This document shows, in pieces, positions 1 through 10,143 of a stretch of 64,000 nucleotides of DNA (positions are counted from its first letter, which is position 1; each line of letters starts with the position of its first letter). This stretch comes from a bacterium. GTDB taxonomy: Bacteria > Electryoneota > Electryoneia > Electryoneales > Electryoneaceae. The translations under genes and the position numbers were made by a program. The notes beneath the pieces are model-generated. The model was not told where the DNA came from. It saw only the letters and a program-made list of their open reading frames with translations, and made no database searches. The DNA lies in NCBI GenBank assembly GCA_963669175.1, contig OY769902.1, positions 5,280,001-5,344,000 on the forward strand, given 5' to 3'.

Positions 1-2
1 AC

Positions 3-500
3 AACGCCCAGAATGGCGATGATGTAAAAGAGCCAATCAAGCAGCTTATTCCGCTGGATTGGGACCGCAGACACACGCTGAATGTGAACTTCAACTATAT
101 TGTCCCGCAAAAATGGGGCGTTTCGGTAATCGGTACGATCGGCAGCGGCACGCCATTTACCATCGAAACCGGTTCAAGTGTCATTGCCGACCTGGGGTTA
201 AGCTTCGAGAACGATGGCCGGAAGCCAACATACATGAATGTTGACCTCAGTGGGTATTACGTTATTCCCTACCTGTCCGGCTCACGTTTCAATGCCCGGC
301 TTGAATTCATGGTGCGTAACCTGCTCGACCGTCTGAACGAGAACGATGTGTTTAAGGACACCGGACGCGCAACCTATCGTACCGACATCCAGGAAGGTGA
401 ATACACGGACATCACATCGACAGACACATACTGGCTATACTATCCGCAGTATTACTCACGTCCGCGTGAAGTGCGCATAGGAATTAATTTTACGTTCTAA
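3..500 (+). CDS. TonB-dependent receptor, C-terminal fragment (5' end outside window)
   Basis: Frame open from base 3 (NAQNGDDVKEPIKQLIPLDWDRRHTLNVNF...). Has the PLDWDRRH, NVDLS and VRNLLD motifs and ends PREVRIGINFTF with a terminal Phe, typical of FCB TonB receptor barrels. Confidence 0.85.
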   Translation, partial: NAQNGDDVKEPIKQLIPLDWDRRHTLNVNFNYIVPQKWGVSVIGTIGSGTPFTIETGSSVIADLGLSFENDGRKPTYMNVDLSGYYVIPYLSGSRFNARLEFMVRNLLDRLNENDVFKDTGRATYRTDIQEGEYTDITSTDTYWLYYPQYYSRPREVRIGINFTF

Positions 501-571
501 TAGCAGGATTGCAAGTGAACGGGACCGGATCATCCGGTTCATCGAAAGGATAGAGGATGAGTGGATCAGGC

Positions 572-3500
572 ATGAAACAGACTGTAACCATTGTATTCCT
601 TGTCATTTTTCTCCTTGGGCTTGGCGCCGCAGGGTGGGCACAGCAGCTCAAAGAATACAAGGGCAGCGAGTTGTATCGTGCGAAAAACTGGCATACCGGC
701 AACAAGGTTGGAACGATTTTCTACAACTACGGCCTTGTGGCAAATGTCGGTGAGCAGAGTGGTGAATGGCCGCTTGGTACCGGTGACGAGTATGTAGGCG
801 ATGTCACACCGCTTGTCGGTATTGAATTTGTCCATCCCGGCGGGGATACTGTCCGGTCTGTCATTACCTGCCTGGGACCACGGTCGGGAAATGAATATAA
901 CCAGGACGGCACCTTTTCTGGTTTTGAACCGCTTCCCGGTTTTACCGCTGATCCGCTTCCGAATGAAGACCGGCTGGTTGCCATGAGTCATGAAGATGAA
1001 ACCTGGCCCTCTTTCTGGCCGGACCGCAGGTACGATGATCCCAAGGATCAATTGTGGGCGGCGCAGACAGACCTTGGCTGGCCGGGATCCTGGAACGGAT
1101 ATTTCGGCAAGAATGTGTTTAACGCCGATCAGGAATCCTTCTTCATCATGGATGATACAAATGATAGAGAATTCCAGGACTGGCCCCCGAGCAACCCGGT
1201 TCGCTACTACCCGGTGTTTGAGGATACAACGCGCGGTGGTTTGGGCATCCGTGTTGCCGCTCGTGGGTTCCAGTGGGCGCACTTCCTCGCGGAAGACTGT
1301 CTGATCTGGCACTATGAAATCACCAACGTCAGCGACTATGATTACGATAAAGTCGTATTCGGCATGGTCGTCGGCACTCTTTCCGGTGGTCGTAACGACT
1401 CGGAAGATGACCTGGCCTTCTTTGATCCGGATAACGACATCACCTATTCCTGGGATAGCGACGACCAGGTTTCCGGCCAGTGGGTGCCGGTTCGTGAAGG
1501 TGAAATCAATGTCGGTTATGCCGGATACGCATTCCTGGAATCACCGGGCAACGCCTATGACGGCATTGACAATGACGGTGACAGCCAGAACTCAGATAGC
1601 CCGGTTCTGAACTCACTGTACCTTACCGAATGCACCAGCACCGGACTTTCCTACGGCACAGGCGATGAACTGGTACTGATTGATTACAACACCTACGAGC
1701 GTACCGTTACAACCATGCCCGCCAGTGGGCAGCTTATGTATATGGTGCGTGATGACACTTTCTATGTGAGTGCCAACGAGAGCTATGTTGAAGATGGCGT
1801 CAACGGTATCGATGACAATTTCAACGGCCTGATTGACGAGCGGTTGGGTGAGGAAGTCAACGGCAAGCGCCTGGACCACCTTAACCTGAAATACAAGAAT
1901 TACTTCACCGGAGAAGGTGTTGATGATCCGATGATCGATGAAGCTCGTGATGACGGCATTGATAATGATGGCGACTGGGATCCCACTGTTGACGATGTCG
2001 GCGCTGACGGGCAGGGCGGTACAGGTGATGAAGGTGAAAATGATGGTGTCCCGACTTATGGCGAGCCTCATTTCGACCGTACGGACATCAACGAATCCGA
2101 CCAGATCGGCTTGACTTCCTTCGAGTACTTCTCCCCTCCGGGCAACCTGCGCATGAACAATGACGATGGCCTGTGGGAAAAGATGCTCCCGGGTTATATC
2201 GACGTTGTCCCGAACCTCGCGCAGGATGGTGACTTTGTATACGGCTCCGGGTACTTCCCGCTTCCTTCCGGAAAAACAGAACGATTCAGCGTTGCCCTGT
2301 TCTTCGGTGAAGACCTGGAAGACATTACCAATAACAAGATCACAGTACAGCAGATTTACGACAACAACTACAACTTCGTCCGGCCTCCGGAAAAACCAAC
2401 CATGACCGCAGTACCTGGCGATGGAAAAGTCACCCTCTATTGGGACCATGTGGCTGAATCTTCATTTGACATCTCCATGCCTATTGGGCATCAGTATGAC
2501 TTTGAAGGATACAAGGTTTATCGCGCAACGGATTACGCATTCCTTGAGAACTATACCATCACGGACGGCCGTGGTCGTAAAGTATTCCATAAACCAATCG
2601 CTCAATTCGACCTGGATAACGGTAATGCCGGGTATTTCCCGCAACCTTCGTTCGGCTTCAGTTACTACCTGGGCGATGACACCGGAATTCAACATGTCTG
2701 GACGGATACAACGGTAGAAAACGGACAACGGTACTATTACGCCGTTACCGCTTATGACCACGGATATGACGGGTTTACCAACTACACAGTTGATGATGAT
2801 GGTGATACTACGTGGACAGATCACGCCACCTTCTTCCCCGGTGAAACGTCGAAGTACATCTTCCTGAACGCATCCGGTGAACTATCAACAGACATCAATA
2901 CAGCCATGGTCACCCCGGCAGCGCCTGCTGCGGGGTATGTGCCGCCGGTTGTTGGCGCCGCCTATCACAATGCCGGCTACAGTAATGGCCAGGTGTATGT
3001 TGAGGTGGTTGATCCGCGTGAAGTGAACCAGTCCATGTCCTATCGCTTTGAATTCCTTGATCCGGACAGCGTTGGACAAGCCACAGAATACTCGGTCAAA
3101 CAGATTGCCGGTGAAAACCAGAACGTTCTGGTCGAACCAACCGGATTTGGCTACGCTGGCGCAGAAAGTAGAATCCTGGCAATGTTTGATACCTACTTCG
3201 ATTCTATTTATGGGTTGCCCTCCGGTTCATTCATGACCAATGCCAATTACCTGACCTATGAATCGGATGTATTTGGCGGCCTGCGTGCATATATGCTTCA
3301 GCCAAGACGTCCCGGATATATCATTGTTGAAGCGTCGAAATGGTATGCGGGAAGCGTGGATTCCGGCACAGAACCTGTGCGAGAAGACAGTCTGCTTCAT
3401 TACCAGCTTGACCTGATTTCCATTACTTCGATCAAGTATTACGGTGTCGAAAAATATGCTGACTATGAAATCATCTTCCACGATGACTTCATTGACAGTT

Positions 3501-4177
3501 CCGATGCCTTTACCCTTGTTGGCGAGCGTCCACCACCCCGCAGCTACGATAAGGAAGAAGTCAACTTTGAGATCCACAACCTGAGCGGTGGTCAGGACCC
3601 CATGTTCATATACAGGCCAGGTGCAGGCGCTGCGGACAACAAGGTCACTAACGGCAGTGAAATCTGGCTGCTTGAAGTGGAAGAGACAACCGGCGATACG
3701 GTTGGCACCTGGAAAATCCGCTTCAGCGAAGCTTCCAACGATGACCAGGTACTGGACCCGGCCGGGGGCGACACGCTTCGCCTGCGCATGTATAAACCGT
3801 TCACGGAAGACGATCAGTTTACCTTTGACGCCAGTTCGGCCAAGATTGACAAGGGAAAGATAAACCTTGACCGGATAAAGGTATACCCGAACCCGTACCT
3901 GGGCGCTAACAGCCAGGAACCGGCCAACCCGTACACGTCAGGGCGTGGGGAACAGCGTATCACCTTTATCCACCTGCCGGATCAGTGTACAATTCGTATC
4001 TACAATATTCGTGGTGAGCTGGTACAGACTTTGACACACTATGCCAGCATTCACGATGGCAGTGAATCGTGGGATATGCGTAACCTCGACGGGCTGAACA
4101 TCGCATACGGGGTTTATATCTACCATATCGATTCACCGTACGGCGAGCATGTCGGCAAGTTTGCTGTCATCAAATAA
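572..4177 (+). CDS. Large secreted protein with Asp-rich Ca-binding-like repeats, FN3-like domain and divergent T9SS-type CTD
   Basis: Signal peptide MKQTVTIVFLVIFLLGLGAAGWA; repeated DGIDNDGD/NGIDDNFNG motifs; PGDGKVTLYW...FEGYKVYR...YYYAVTAYD FN3-like stretch; C-terminus IKVYPNPY...GKFAVIK. An alternative start lies at 557. Confidence 0.75.
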   Translation: MKQTVTIVFLVIFLLGLGAAGWAQQLKEYKGSELYRAKNWHTGNKVGTIFYNYGLVANVGEQSGEWPLGTGDEYVGDVTPLVGIEFVHPGGDTVRSVITCLGPRSGNEYNQDGTFSGFEPLPGFTADPLPNEDRLVAMSHEDETWPSFWPDRRYDDPKDQLWAAQTDLGWPGSWNGYFGKNVFNADQESFFIMDDTNDREFQDWPPSNPVRYYPVFEDTTRGGLGIRVAARGFQWAHFLAEDCLIWHYEITNVSDYDYDKVVFGMVVGTLSGGRNDSEDDLAFFDPDNDITYSWDSDDQVSGQWVPVREGEINVGYAGYAFLESPGNAYDGIDNDGDSQNSDSPVLNSLYLTECTSTGLSYGTGDELVLIDYNTYERTVTTMPASGQLMYMVRDDTFYVSANESYVEDGVNGIDDNFNGLIDERLGEEVNGKRLDHLNLKYKNYFTGEGVDDPMIDEARDDGIDNDGDWDPTVDDVGADGQGGTGDEGENDGVPTYGEPHFDRTDINESDQIGLTSFEYFSPPGNLRMNNDDGLWEKMLPGYIDVVPNLAQDGDFVYGSGYFPLPSGKTERFSVALFFGEDLEDITNNKITVQQIYDNNYNFVRPPEKPTMTAVPGDGKVTLYWDHVAESSFDISMPIGHQYDFEGYKVYRATDYAFLENYTITDGRGRKVFHKPIAQFDLDNGNAGYFPQPSFGFSYYLGDDTGIQHVWTDTTVENGQRYYYAVTAYDHGYDGFTNYTVDDDGDTTWTDHATFFPGETSKYIFLNASGELSTDINTAMVTPAAPAAGYVPPVVGAAYHNAGYSNGQVYVEVVDPREVNQSMSYRFEFLDPDSVGQATEYSVKQIAGENQNVLVEPTGFGYAGAESRILAMFDTYFDSIYGLPSGSFMTNANYLTYESDVFGGLRAYMLQPRRPGYIIVEASKWYAGSVDSGTEPVREDSLLHYQLDLISITSIKYYGVEKYADYEIIFHDDFIDSSDAFTLVGERPPPRSYDKEEVNFEIHNLSGGQDPMFIYRPGAGAADNKVTNGSEIWLLEVEETTGDTVGTWKIRFSEASNDDQVLDPAGGDTLRLRMYKPFTEDDQFTFDASSAKIDKGKINLDRIKVYPNPYLGANSQEPANPYTSGRGEQRITFIHLPDQCTIRIYNIRGELVQTLTHYASIHDGSESWDMRNLDGLNIAYGVYIYHIDSPYGEHVGKFAVIK

Positions 4178-4247
4178 GTTGAAATTTGTTGCGACAACAA
4201 CGCGAATCGCTTTTTCATTCGTGAAGAAGCAAGCGATGGACGGACAT

Positions 4248-5300
4248 ATGGGTAGACGTTGGATTTGGATGCTGCTGCTGGTTATGCTGCCGGTTTCACT
4301 GATGGCAGAAGAGAGGAAAACCGGCACCTCTGCCGCACCGTTCCTGACTATCGGAATCGGGGCGCGTCCACAAGCCATGGGTGGCGCATTTGTTGCCATG
4401 TCGGATGACATACATTCCCTATTCTGGAATCCGGCCGGTCTTGCGAGAATGAACTCTTCCGAAGTGATGCTGGTTCATTCAACCTGGCTTGCCGACATGA
4501 GTTTCGATTATATCGGACTGGCTTTCAACATGGGCCAGGCAGGAACATTGGGGCTTTCTGCCACCATGCTGTCCGTTGGCGAGATGGAGATTACCACGGA
4601 ACAATACCAGGACGGTACCGGCCTGATGTTTGATTCCTACGATATGGCGGCCGCCGTATCCTATGGCTACAAATTCTACGACCGGTTTTCTATCGGGTTT
4701 ACCGGTAAATACATCCGTCAGGTTATCTGGAATGAATCCGCCAGTGGCTTCGCCCTGGACATGGGAACCCTGTTCATTACTCCGTTCAAGGATATCCGTC
4801 TGGGTATGAATATCACCAACTTCGGGACCGACATGAGCATGGAAGGTCGAGACCTTCTTGTTTTTTACGACCCGGATGCGACCAAGGAAGGCAACAACGA
4901 GTCCGTTCCGGCTCAGATTAAAACCGAAGCATGGCCTCTGCCTTTAACCATGCGTCTCGGACTCGCCGGTGAGGTCATTCAGACGCCAAACCACCGGTTG
5001 ACATTGTCCGGCGATTGGGTAGTTCCGAACGACAATACGGAATTTGTCAACGTAGGAACCGAATACGCATTCAATGAGTATGCCTTCCTGCGAGCCGGGT
5101 ATAAGGGCATTAGACCGTATACGTCAAAGGAAACAAACAACTTCAGTTTTGGCGACGGCGACAACGGTGCAGGCTTCACCTTTGGCGGCGGCGCTAAACT
5201 GGCTTTGCAAGGCAACATAGGCATCAATATCGATTACGCGTTTGAAAGTTTTTTCAGGCTCGGAAATGTCCATAAATTTTCTATTGCCTTGAAATTTTAG
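4248..5300 (+). CDS. PorV/PorQ family (UPF0164) outer-membrane beta-barrel
   Basis: GTSAAPFLTIGIGARPQAMGGAFVA...SLFWNPAGLA motif; ends IDYAF...HKFSIALKF. Start moved from 4149 to the ATG before the signal peptide. Confidence 0.85.
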   Translation: MGRRWIWMLLLVMLPVSLMAEERKTGTSAAPFLTIGIGARPQAMGGAFVAMSDDIHSLFWNPAGLARMNSSEVMLVHSTWLADMSFDYIGLAFNMGQAGTLGLSATMLSVGEMEITTEQYQDGTGLMFDSYDMAAAVSYGYKFYDRFSIGFTGKYIRQVIWNESASGFALDMGTLFITPFKDIRLGMNITNFGTDMSMEGRDLLVFYDPDATKEGNNESVPAQIKTEAWPLPLTMRLGLAGEVIQTPNHRLTLSGDWVVPNDNTEFVNVGTEYAFNEYAFLRAGYKGIRPYTSKETNNFSFGDGDNGAGFTFGGGAKLALQGNIGINIDYAFESFFRLGNVHKFSIALKF

Positions 5301-5454
5301 GATTCGCTAACGTATTTTTTATGATGCAGCAAAAGCAGACTCGTAATACTGGGCACGGCGTACAGGTCAACGCCAATGCCCTTTGATAGTAGAGAAGGAA
5401 ACACGAAGGCAAAACATTTTGTTTGAGCCGTTCATACCAAAAGGAGAGGTACAG

Positions 5455-6927
5455 ATGAATCTGTTGCGAAAAGGTTTGTTAAGCGTCATGATCCTTGCTC
5501 TTGTAGCGGGCGGCGCTATGGCGGCGAACGTCACCTTCCAGGTGAATATGTCTTTCCAGATCGATCTGGGAAACTTTGATCCTGCGACACAGACGACGTA
5601 TGTGAAGGGTGACTTTAACAGTTGGGATGAGTCCATGGCCCTTACCGACGGTGATGAGGATGGTATTTACACCGGTACTTTCGAAATCGCCGATGGCACC
5701 TACGAGTATAAGTACTTCTACAGCCCGGATGGTTGGGAACAGCTTGACAACAACCGTTCCATGGAAGTAGCCGGCTCGGACGTGACCTTGGATGTAGTCT
5801 GGTTCTCGAACCAGGAACCCCAGGAAACCACACAGCTTGAGATCCTGTTCTCTGTCGATATGTCAGTTGCAATCATTCAGGGAAAATTCGATCCTGCCAC
5901 TGACTGGATCGTTGTGCGTGGCAACTACGATGAGATTGGCCAGTGGGGCGGCGCGGTTCAGCTTTCACTCGACACAGACAACATCTACGCAGCATGGATC
6001 GAGTTTGACAATGCCATCATCGGCGCAAACCTTGAGTACAAGTATGTCATCCTGCATGATGGCAATGTTGATGACCCGAATGGCTGGGAAACGATCATCG
6101 GCAATCGTATATACGTCCCAACCGGTAACGAAGAAGACACCGACAACAATGGGTATGGCGAGTACATTCCGGAAACCGTCTACTACGGTGACACATCTCC
6201 CGATGACATCCTGACACAGGATCTGACAGTCGTCTACCAGGTCAACTGTACCCCGGCCTACTACAAAATCGCTGCCGAGGGTGCTATTTACGATGTACAG
6301 GACAACACTGAGGTAACCAGTTTTGACTTTGTTGCCATTTCTGGCGCACCACCTTTGTCTTGGGATTGGGGCAGCATCCCGGCTGAACACATGGCCTTTG
6401 ACGATGGTCAGAATGGCGACATGACCGCCGGTGACTCCGTTTTCTCCCGTGCGATTGATTATCCAGCCGCCAGTGATAATACACAGATATATAAATACGG
6501 TACTCAAGGTTACGATACAGAAGCGGGGTATCAGATGGACCACAGTATCCAATTCGAAGACAATGGCGACACCTTCTATATCTACGATATTTACGGTTCC
6601 CAAGACACCTTGTATCAGAACTATCCTGCCGAAGTCCGTGAGATGGGCAGCACAACCATCCCGACATCTTTCAGCGTCGAGCAGAACTACCCGAACCCCT
6701 TCAACCCGACCACACAGATCGCGTTCAGCCTGAATGACCGCGCTGATGTCATGGTGAAGGTGTTCAACGTGACTGGCCAGGAAGTCTTCTCGCACAATGC
6801 GGGCACCCTGAATGCAGGCCGTTACAGCGTGACCTTCGACGGCAGCAACCTGTCCAGCGGTGTTTACTTTTACCAGGTCCAGGCCGGTGGCAAGGTCGCC
6901 GTCCGCAAGATGACCCTGATGAAGTAA
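5455..6927 (+). CDS. Secreted starch-binding (CBM20/CBM48-like) repeat protein with T9SS type A CTD, no evident catalytic domain
   Basis: RBS AAGGAGAGG; signal peptide; VTFQVNM..YVKGDFNSW..YEYKY and ILFSVDM..VVRGN..GQWG..LEYKY modules; QNYPNPFNP...KMTLMK CTD. Confidence 0.75.
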   Translation: MNLLRKGLLSVMILALVAGGAMAANVTFQVNMSFQIDLGNFDPATQTTYVKGDFNSWDESMALTDGDEDGIYTGTFEIADGTYEYKYFYSPDGWEQLDNNRSMEVAGSDVTLDVVWFSNQEPQETTQLEILFSVDMSVAIIQGKFDPATDWIVVRGNYDEIGQWGGAVQLSLDTDNIYAAWIEFDNAIIGANLEYKYVILHDGNVDDPNGWETIIGNRIYVPTGNEEDTDNNGYGEYIPETVYYGDTSPDDILTQDLTVVYQVNCTPAYYKIAAEGAIYDVQDNTEVTSFDFVAISGAPPLSWDWGSIPAEHMAFDDGQNGDMTAGDSVFSRAIDYPAASDNTQIYKYGTQGYDTEAGYQMDHSIQFEDNGDTFYIYDIYGSQDTLYQNYPAEVREMGSTTIPTSFSVEQNYPNPFNPTTQIAFSLNDRADVMVKVFNVTGQEVFSHNAGTLNAGRYSVTFDGSNLSSGVYFYQVQAGGKVAVRKMTLMK

Positions 6928-6952
6928 GCTTCATACTACTTTAAGTAACTCT

Positions 6953-6984
6953 AGCCCCATACCGTAATGGTATGGGGCTTTTTT
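6953..6984 (+). terminator. Intrinsic terminator
   Basis: AGCCCCATACC-gtaat-GGTATGGGGCT followed by a T run. Confidence 0.85.
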
Positions 6985-7186
6985 CATTGTTATCAATGAT
7001 TCTTTTAAAAATGATCTATCAGCTCTCAATGGCCTTGCTTACCCGCTTTTCGGCTTAGTAGTTTAAGGTATTAGTTTATTTGCGAAGTGAGCAGTTTCGT
7101 CATTTTTAGTGTTTTTTTTATATTTTGCCTTTAGCAGATAAGCTATAAGAGCTTATCTCATTTAGAATACAATATGGAGGTGTACC

Positions 7187-9703
7187 ATGAAGTCAAGGTT
7201 TTTTGTTCTTCCGGTTTTTTTCCTCTTGTTTTTATTTGTTTTTACAATCCCTTGTTCTGCTTGTCATTTATTTGGCGCAATTGGAACCAGTTCTACCGAC
7301 TTTAATGATGCTTTATCCGAATATTTAGACGATTTACGGGATGAAGCTATTGATGGTGGTGATGTTCACGGTTGGGCAATAATATACTATTACTATGATG
7401 GAGGTACGTTGACTTATGATGTTATCAGATCTGATGAAGATATAGATGACGAAGCTACAGAATTTTCCGCGGCAATTTCTGATGTGATTAGTGAAGATCC
7501 GGTTGCAGTTTTAGCTCATACACGTTACGCTACTGCAGTAACCGGTATTGATGATCCGCACCCTTTCATTTATGCAATGAACGACACAACTTGGTCATTC
7601 ATCCACAATGGTTATTTCGGTTCTCCTGGCGAAGCATGGGAAGGTAATGTCGCCAATATCATAGGCGCAAATTTTGCCGCGCTGGATATCTTCAGAACTG
7701 AACCGCTTACTTACTGGAATGACGACCCAGGTATTCTTGACTCAAAACTTTATAGTATCTTGATGATGAAAAATATTATGATCGACAACACCTATCGCGT
7801 GGGTAATGATTACAGGCTGAATAATACGTATGCTAAATTAGCTTATGCCACTGGTGTTGATGATTACTTTAATTCTATTTTATCAGATGGTCATAGTTTA
7901 TACGTTATTCGCAATGTTGCAGCTGCTTCATATGGTTTATATGAATATATTAATAGTACGGATGATTACAGTATTGTAATGAAGTACAACGATGGCAATG
8001 AAGGAATAGAGTTTGATGAAGTAGAGGCCACGCACTATTACTATTATATGAATGGTGGCGATGAACATCTTGAAGGAAATTTTGGTGGTAACGGTTATTG
8101 GCCCCAGACCTCCTTTTATGTAAATAATGAAACATCATCAGGACAATACTATCCAAGAATATCAACAGGCGATGATGGTAGTTTTGTAACAGTTTGGCGT
8201 ACATCTGATGGCTATCATATAAAGGCAAGATGGCTAAACCAGATGGCGATGGTGGAGAACCTGGAATTTCAGGTTGACCAGACAGCAACCGGATATAAAT
8301 ACTATCCGGATGTCAAACACGATCCTTCTACTGGTGATATTCTTGTTGCATGGTCTGAGCGTGAAGTTGGTGACTCGTATCCTACTCTCATAAAAACACG
8401 TCGTTTTGAATGGAATTCAACAACGCGTATATGGGAAGGGGAAAACGAGGAGACGATTTATGATGGGATTACCCGTCGAGTTGATCAGCCTCGCATCGCT
8501 TTTGCTGACCATGGTGGCTATGTTATCGTATTCGAAAATGACCAGGAACTCTGGGCGTATGGGAAGTATGATGATTGGGGCTCCTTGGCAACCAGGCCAG
8601 CTCATGAAATTGTAGGTATTACCGGTGATCAGTTTTATGATCCAGATGTTGCCTGGATTGGCAATAGTACATATTTAGATAGATATGCTGTTACCTGGTC
8701 TAACAATTCTACAACTGCCGGCGCGTCGGGTGTTTATGCCTGTCATTACAATCCTTATTTAGCAAGCAGTAGTGTGCCAACCCAAATAGAATCAATGGCT
8801 AATCCCGGATACCTGTACGCTAAACCATCAATTACAAGATCCTCACTCAATAACTATATGATAGTTTATTACGAGAGAGGTGATTTAGATGTTCGGGTTA
8901 AAAGGCTTACTGTAAATGGTGGTTTTAATTGTCCGCCACTTACTCTTACGACACATAGCTTAGATGTCACAGGTACTACAGCTAACCCTGTGATAGCAAA
9001 ACACTCCAATTACAAGTATACTGTCGCATATCATGACTACGATAGTGGTCAATATAAAACATTCATTGTTCCTTATTCTAATGGGTTTGGCACACCAGTA
9101 GAAATAACTGATAACACACAAACATCTACTAATAAATATCCTGCAATTGCTATATCACATAATTATCCAGAATATGGAGCCTTAGATTATGAAACTTATT
9201 CTGACAATGATGATTATGAGGAAAGAGTAGTAGTAGTTTGGCAAAGTTATGGCCATGATGGATCTTCATATGGCATTGCTGGCCGTTTAAAAGGATATTT
9301 ACCCGATTCTGATGAATATTTTGATTGGTGGGATCCTTCAAACAATGATGATTTCGCAGGTACTTCACTATTATCATCTAAAAACGGTGGCGATACAGCA
9401 AATTTGCTTGCTGTCGACGAAGACACGGATGATTTGAACTTATCTTATGGGATAAGTGAGATATATCCGAACCCATTTAATCCAACAACAAGTATTAGAT
9501 ACAGTCTTCCTGCAGCAAATCACGTTCAGATTGCAGTATACGACGTGACGGGACGACTTGTGCAAACCCTTTACGATGGAAACAAACAGGTTGGAACTCA
9601 TAGTATCGAGTTCGATGGATCAAAGTTGTCATCAGGCGTATATTTTGTGCGGTTCTTGAGCGGTTCGAAACATGAAGTAAGAAAGATTGTCTTGACAAAG
9701 TAA
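7187..9703 (+). CDS. Secreted class II glutamine amidotransferase-like (Ntn hydrolase, YafJ/EgtC-like) protein with T9SS type A CTD
   Basis: Signal peptide ending CSA, then CHLFG; HGWAI, LAHTRYAT, HPF, FIHNG and DSKLY motifs; IYPNPFNP...KIVLTK CTD. Visibly more AT-rich than its neighbours. Confidence 0.75.
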   Translation: MKSRFFVLPVFFLLFLFVFTIPCSACHLFGAIGTSSTDFNDALSEYLDDLRDEAIDGGDVHGWAIIYYYYDGGTLTYDVIRSDEDIDDEATEFSAAISDVISEDPVAVLAHTRYATAVTGIDDPHPFIYAMNDTTWSFIHNGYFGSPGEAWEGNVANIIGANFAALDIFRTEPLTYWNDDPGILDSKLYSILMMKNIMIDNTYRVGNDYRLNNTYAKLAYATGVDDYFNSILSDGHSLYVIRNVAAASYGLYEYINSTDDYSIVMKYNDGNEGIEFDEVEATHYYYYMNGGDEHLEGNFGGNGYWPQTSFYVNNETSSGQYYPRISTGDDGSFVTVWRTSDGYHIKARWLNQMAMVENLEFQVDQTATGYKYYPDVKHDPSTGDILVAWSEREVGDSYPTLIKTRRFEWNSTTRIWEGENEETIYDGITRRVDQPRIAFADHGGYVIVFENDQELWAYGKYDDWGSLATRPAHEIVGITGDQFYDPDVAWIGNSTYLDRYAVTWSNNSTTAGASGVYACHYNPYLASSSVPTQIESMANPGYLYAKPSITRSSLNNYMIVYYERGDLDVRVKRLTVNGGFNCPPLTLTTHSLDVTGTTANPVIAKHSNYKYTVAYHDYDSGQYKTFIVPYSNGFGTPVEITDNTQTSTNKYPAIAISHNYPEYGALDYETYSDNDDYEERVVVVWQSYGHDGSSYGIAGRLKGYLPDSDEYFDWWDPSNNDDFAGTSLLSSKNGGDTANLLAVDEDTDDLNLSYGISEIYPNPFNPTTSIRYSLPAANHVQIAVYDVTGRLVQTLYDGNKQVGTHSIEFDGSKLSSGVYFVRFLSGSKHEVRKIVLTK

Positions 9704-9722
9704 TCGAAACCTGATTCAAATC

Positions 9723-9756
9723 AAGGGGCTGACCGATAACCGGTCAGCCCCTTTTT
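9723..9756 (+). terminator. Intrinsic terminator
   Basis: AAGGGGCTGACCG-ataac-CGGTCAGCCCCTT followed by TTT. Confidence 0.85.
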
Positions 9757-10143
9757 GTCTCTGAAAGTGATCGTCTAGCCCGAATATTTCACAATCAAGG
9801 GCGACGACTCACGAGTTTTGCCATCATTTCAAGAGTATAGTCATACACTTACGCAAATCGGGCCATGCGCTCCTATGCAGGACTGTTAGAAACATTCAGG
9901 CATGAAATCGCCTTGTAGCTAACTCACCTTTGACAAGCAGTATCACTTTCATTAGATAAAACTGTCCACCAGGTGCAGCTTACAGGTTGAAAACAACGAA
10001 ATTACGTTGCTTTATCGAGTGTTACAAAGGAGCCCTTTAGGTGGTTTTATTGCACCCTGCTTATGACTTTCAGCTTTGATATTGTGTACTTTACATGGAT
10101 AGCCGGTTTTGACGTTTGCAGCGATAGACACCCGAGGTGAACC

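Noticed and set aside
1550-2060. DGIDNDGD repeats as a DNA repeat element
   Set aside because: They are protein-level Ca-binding-like motifs with synonymous divergence.
9760-10140. Possible riboswitch or ncRNA upstream of the GH13 gene
   Set aside because: No recognisable Rfam motif or convincing stem by eye; an Infernal scan would be needed.
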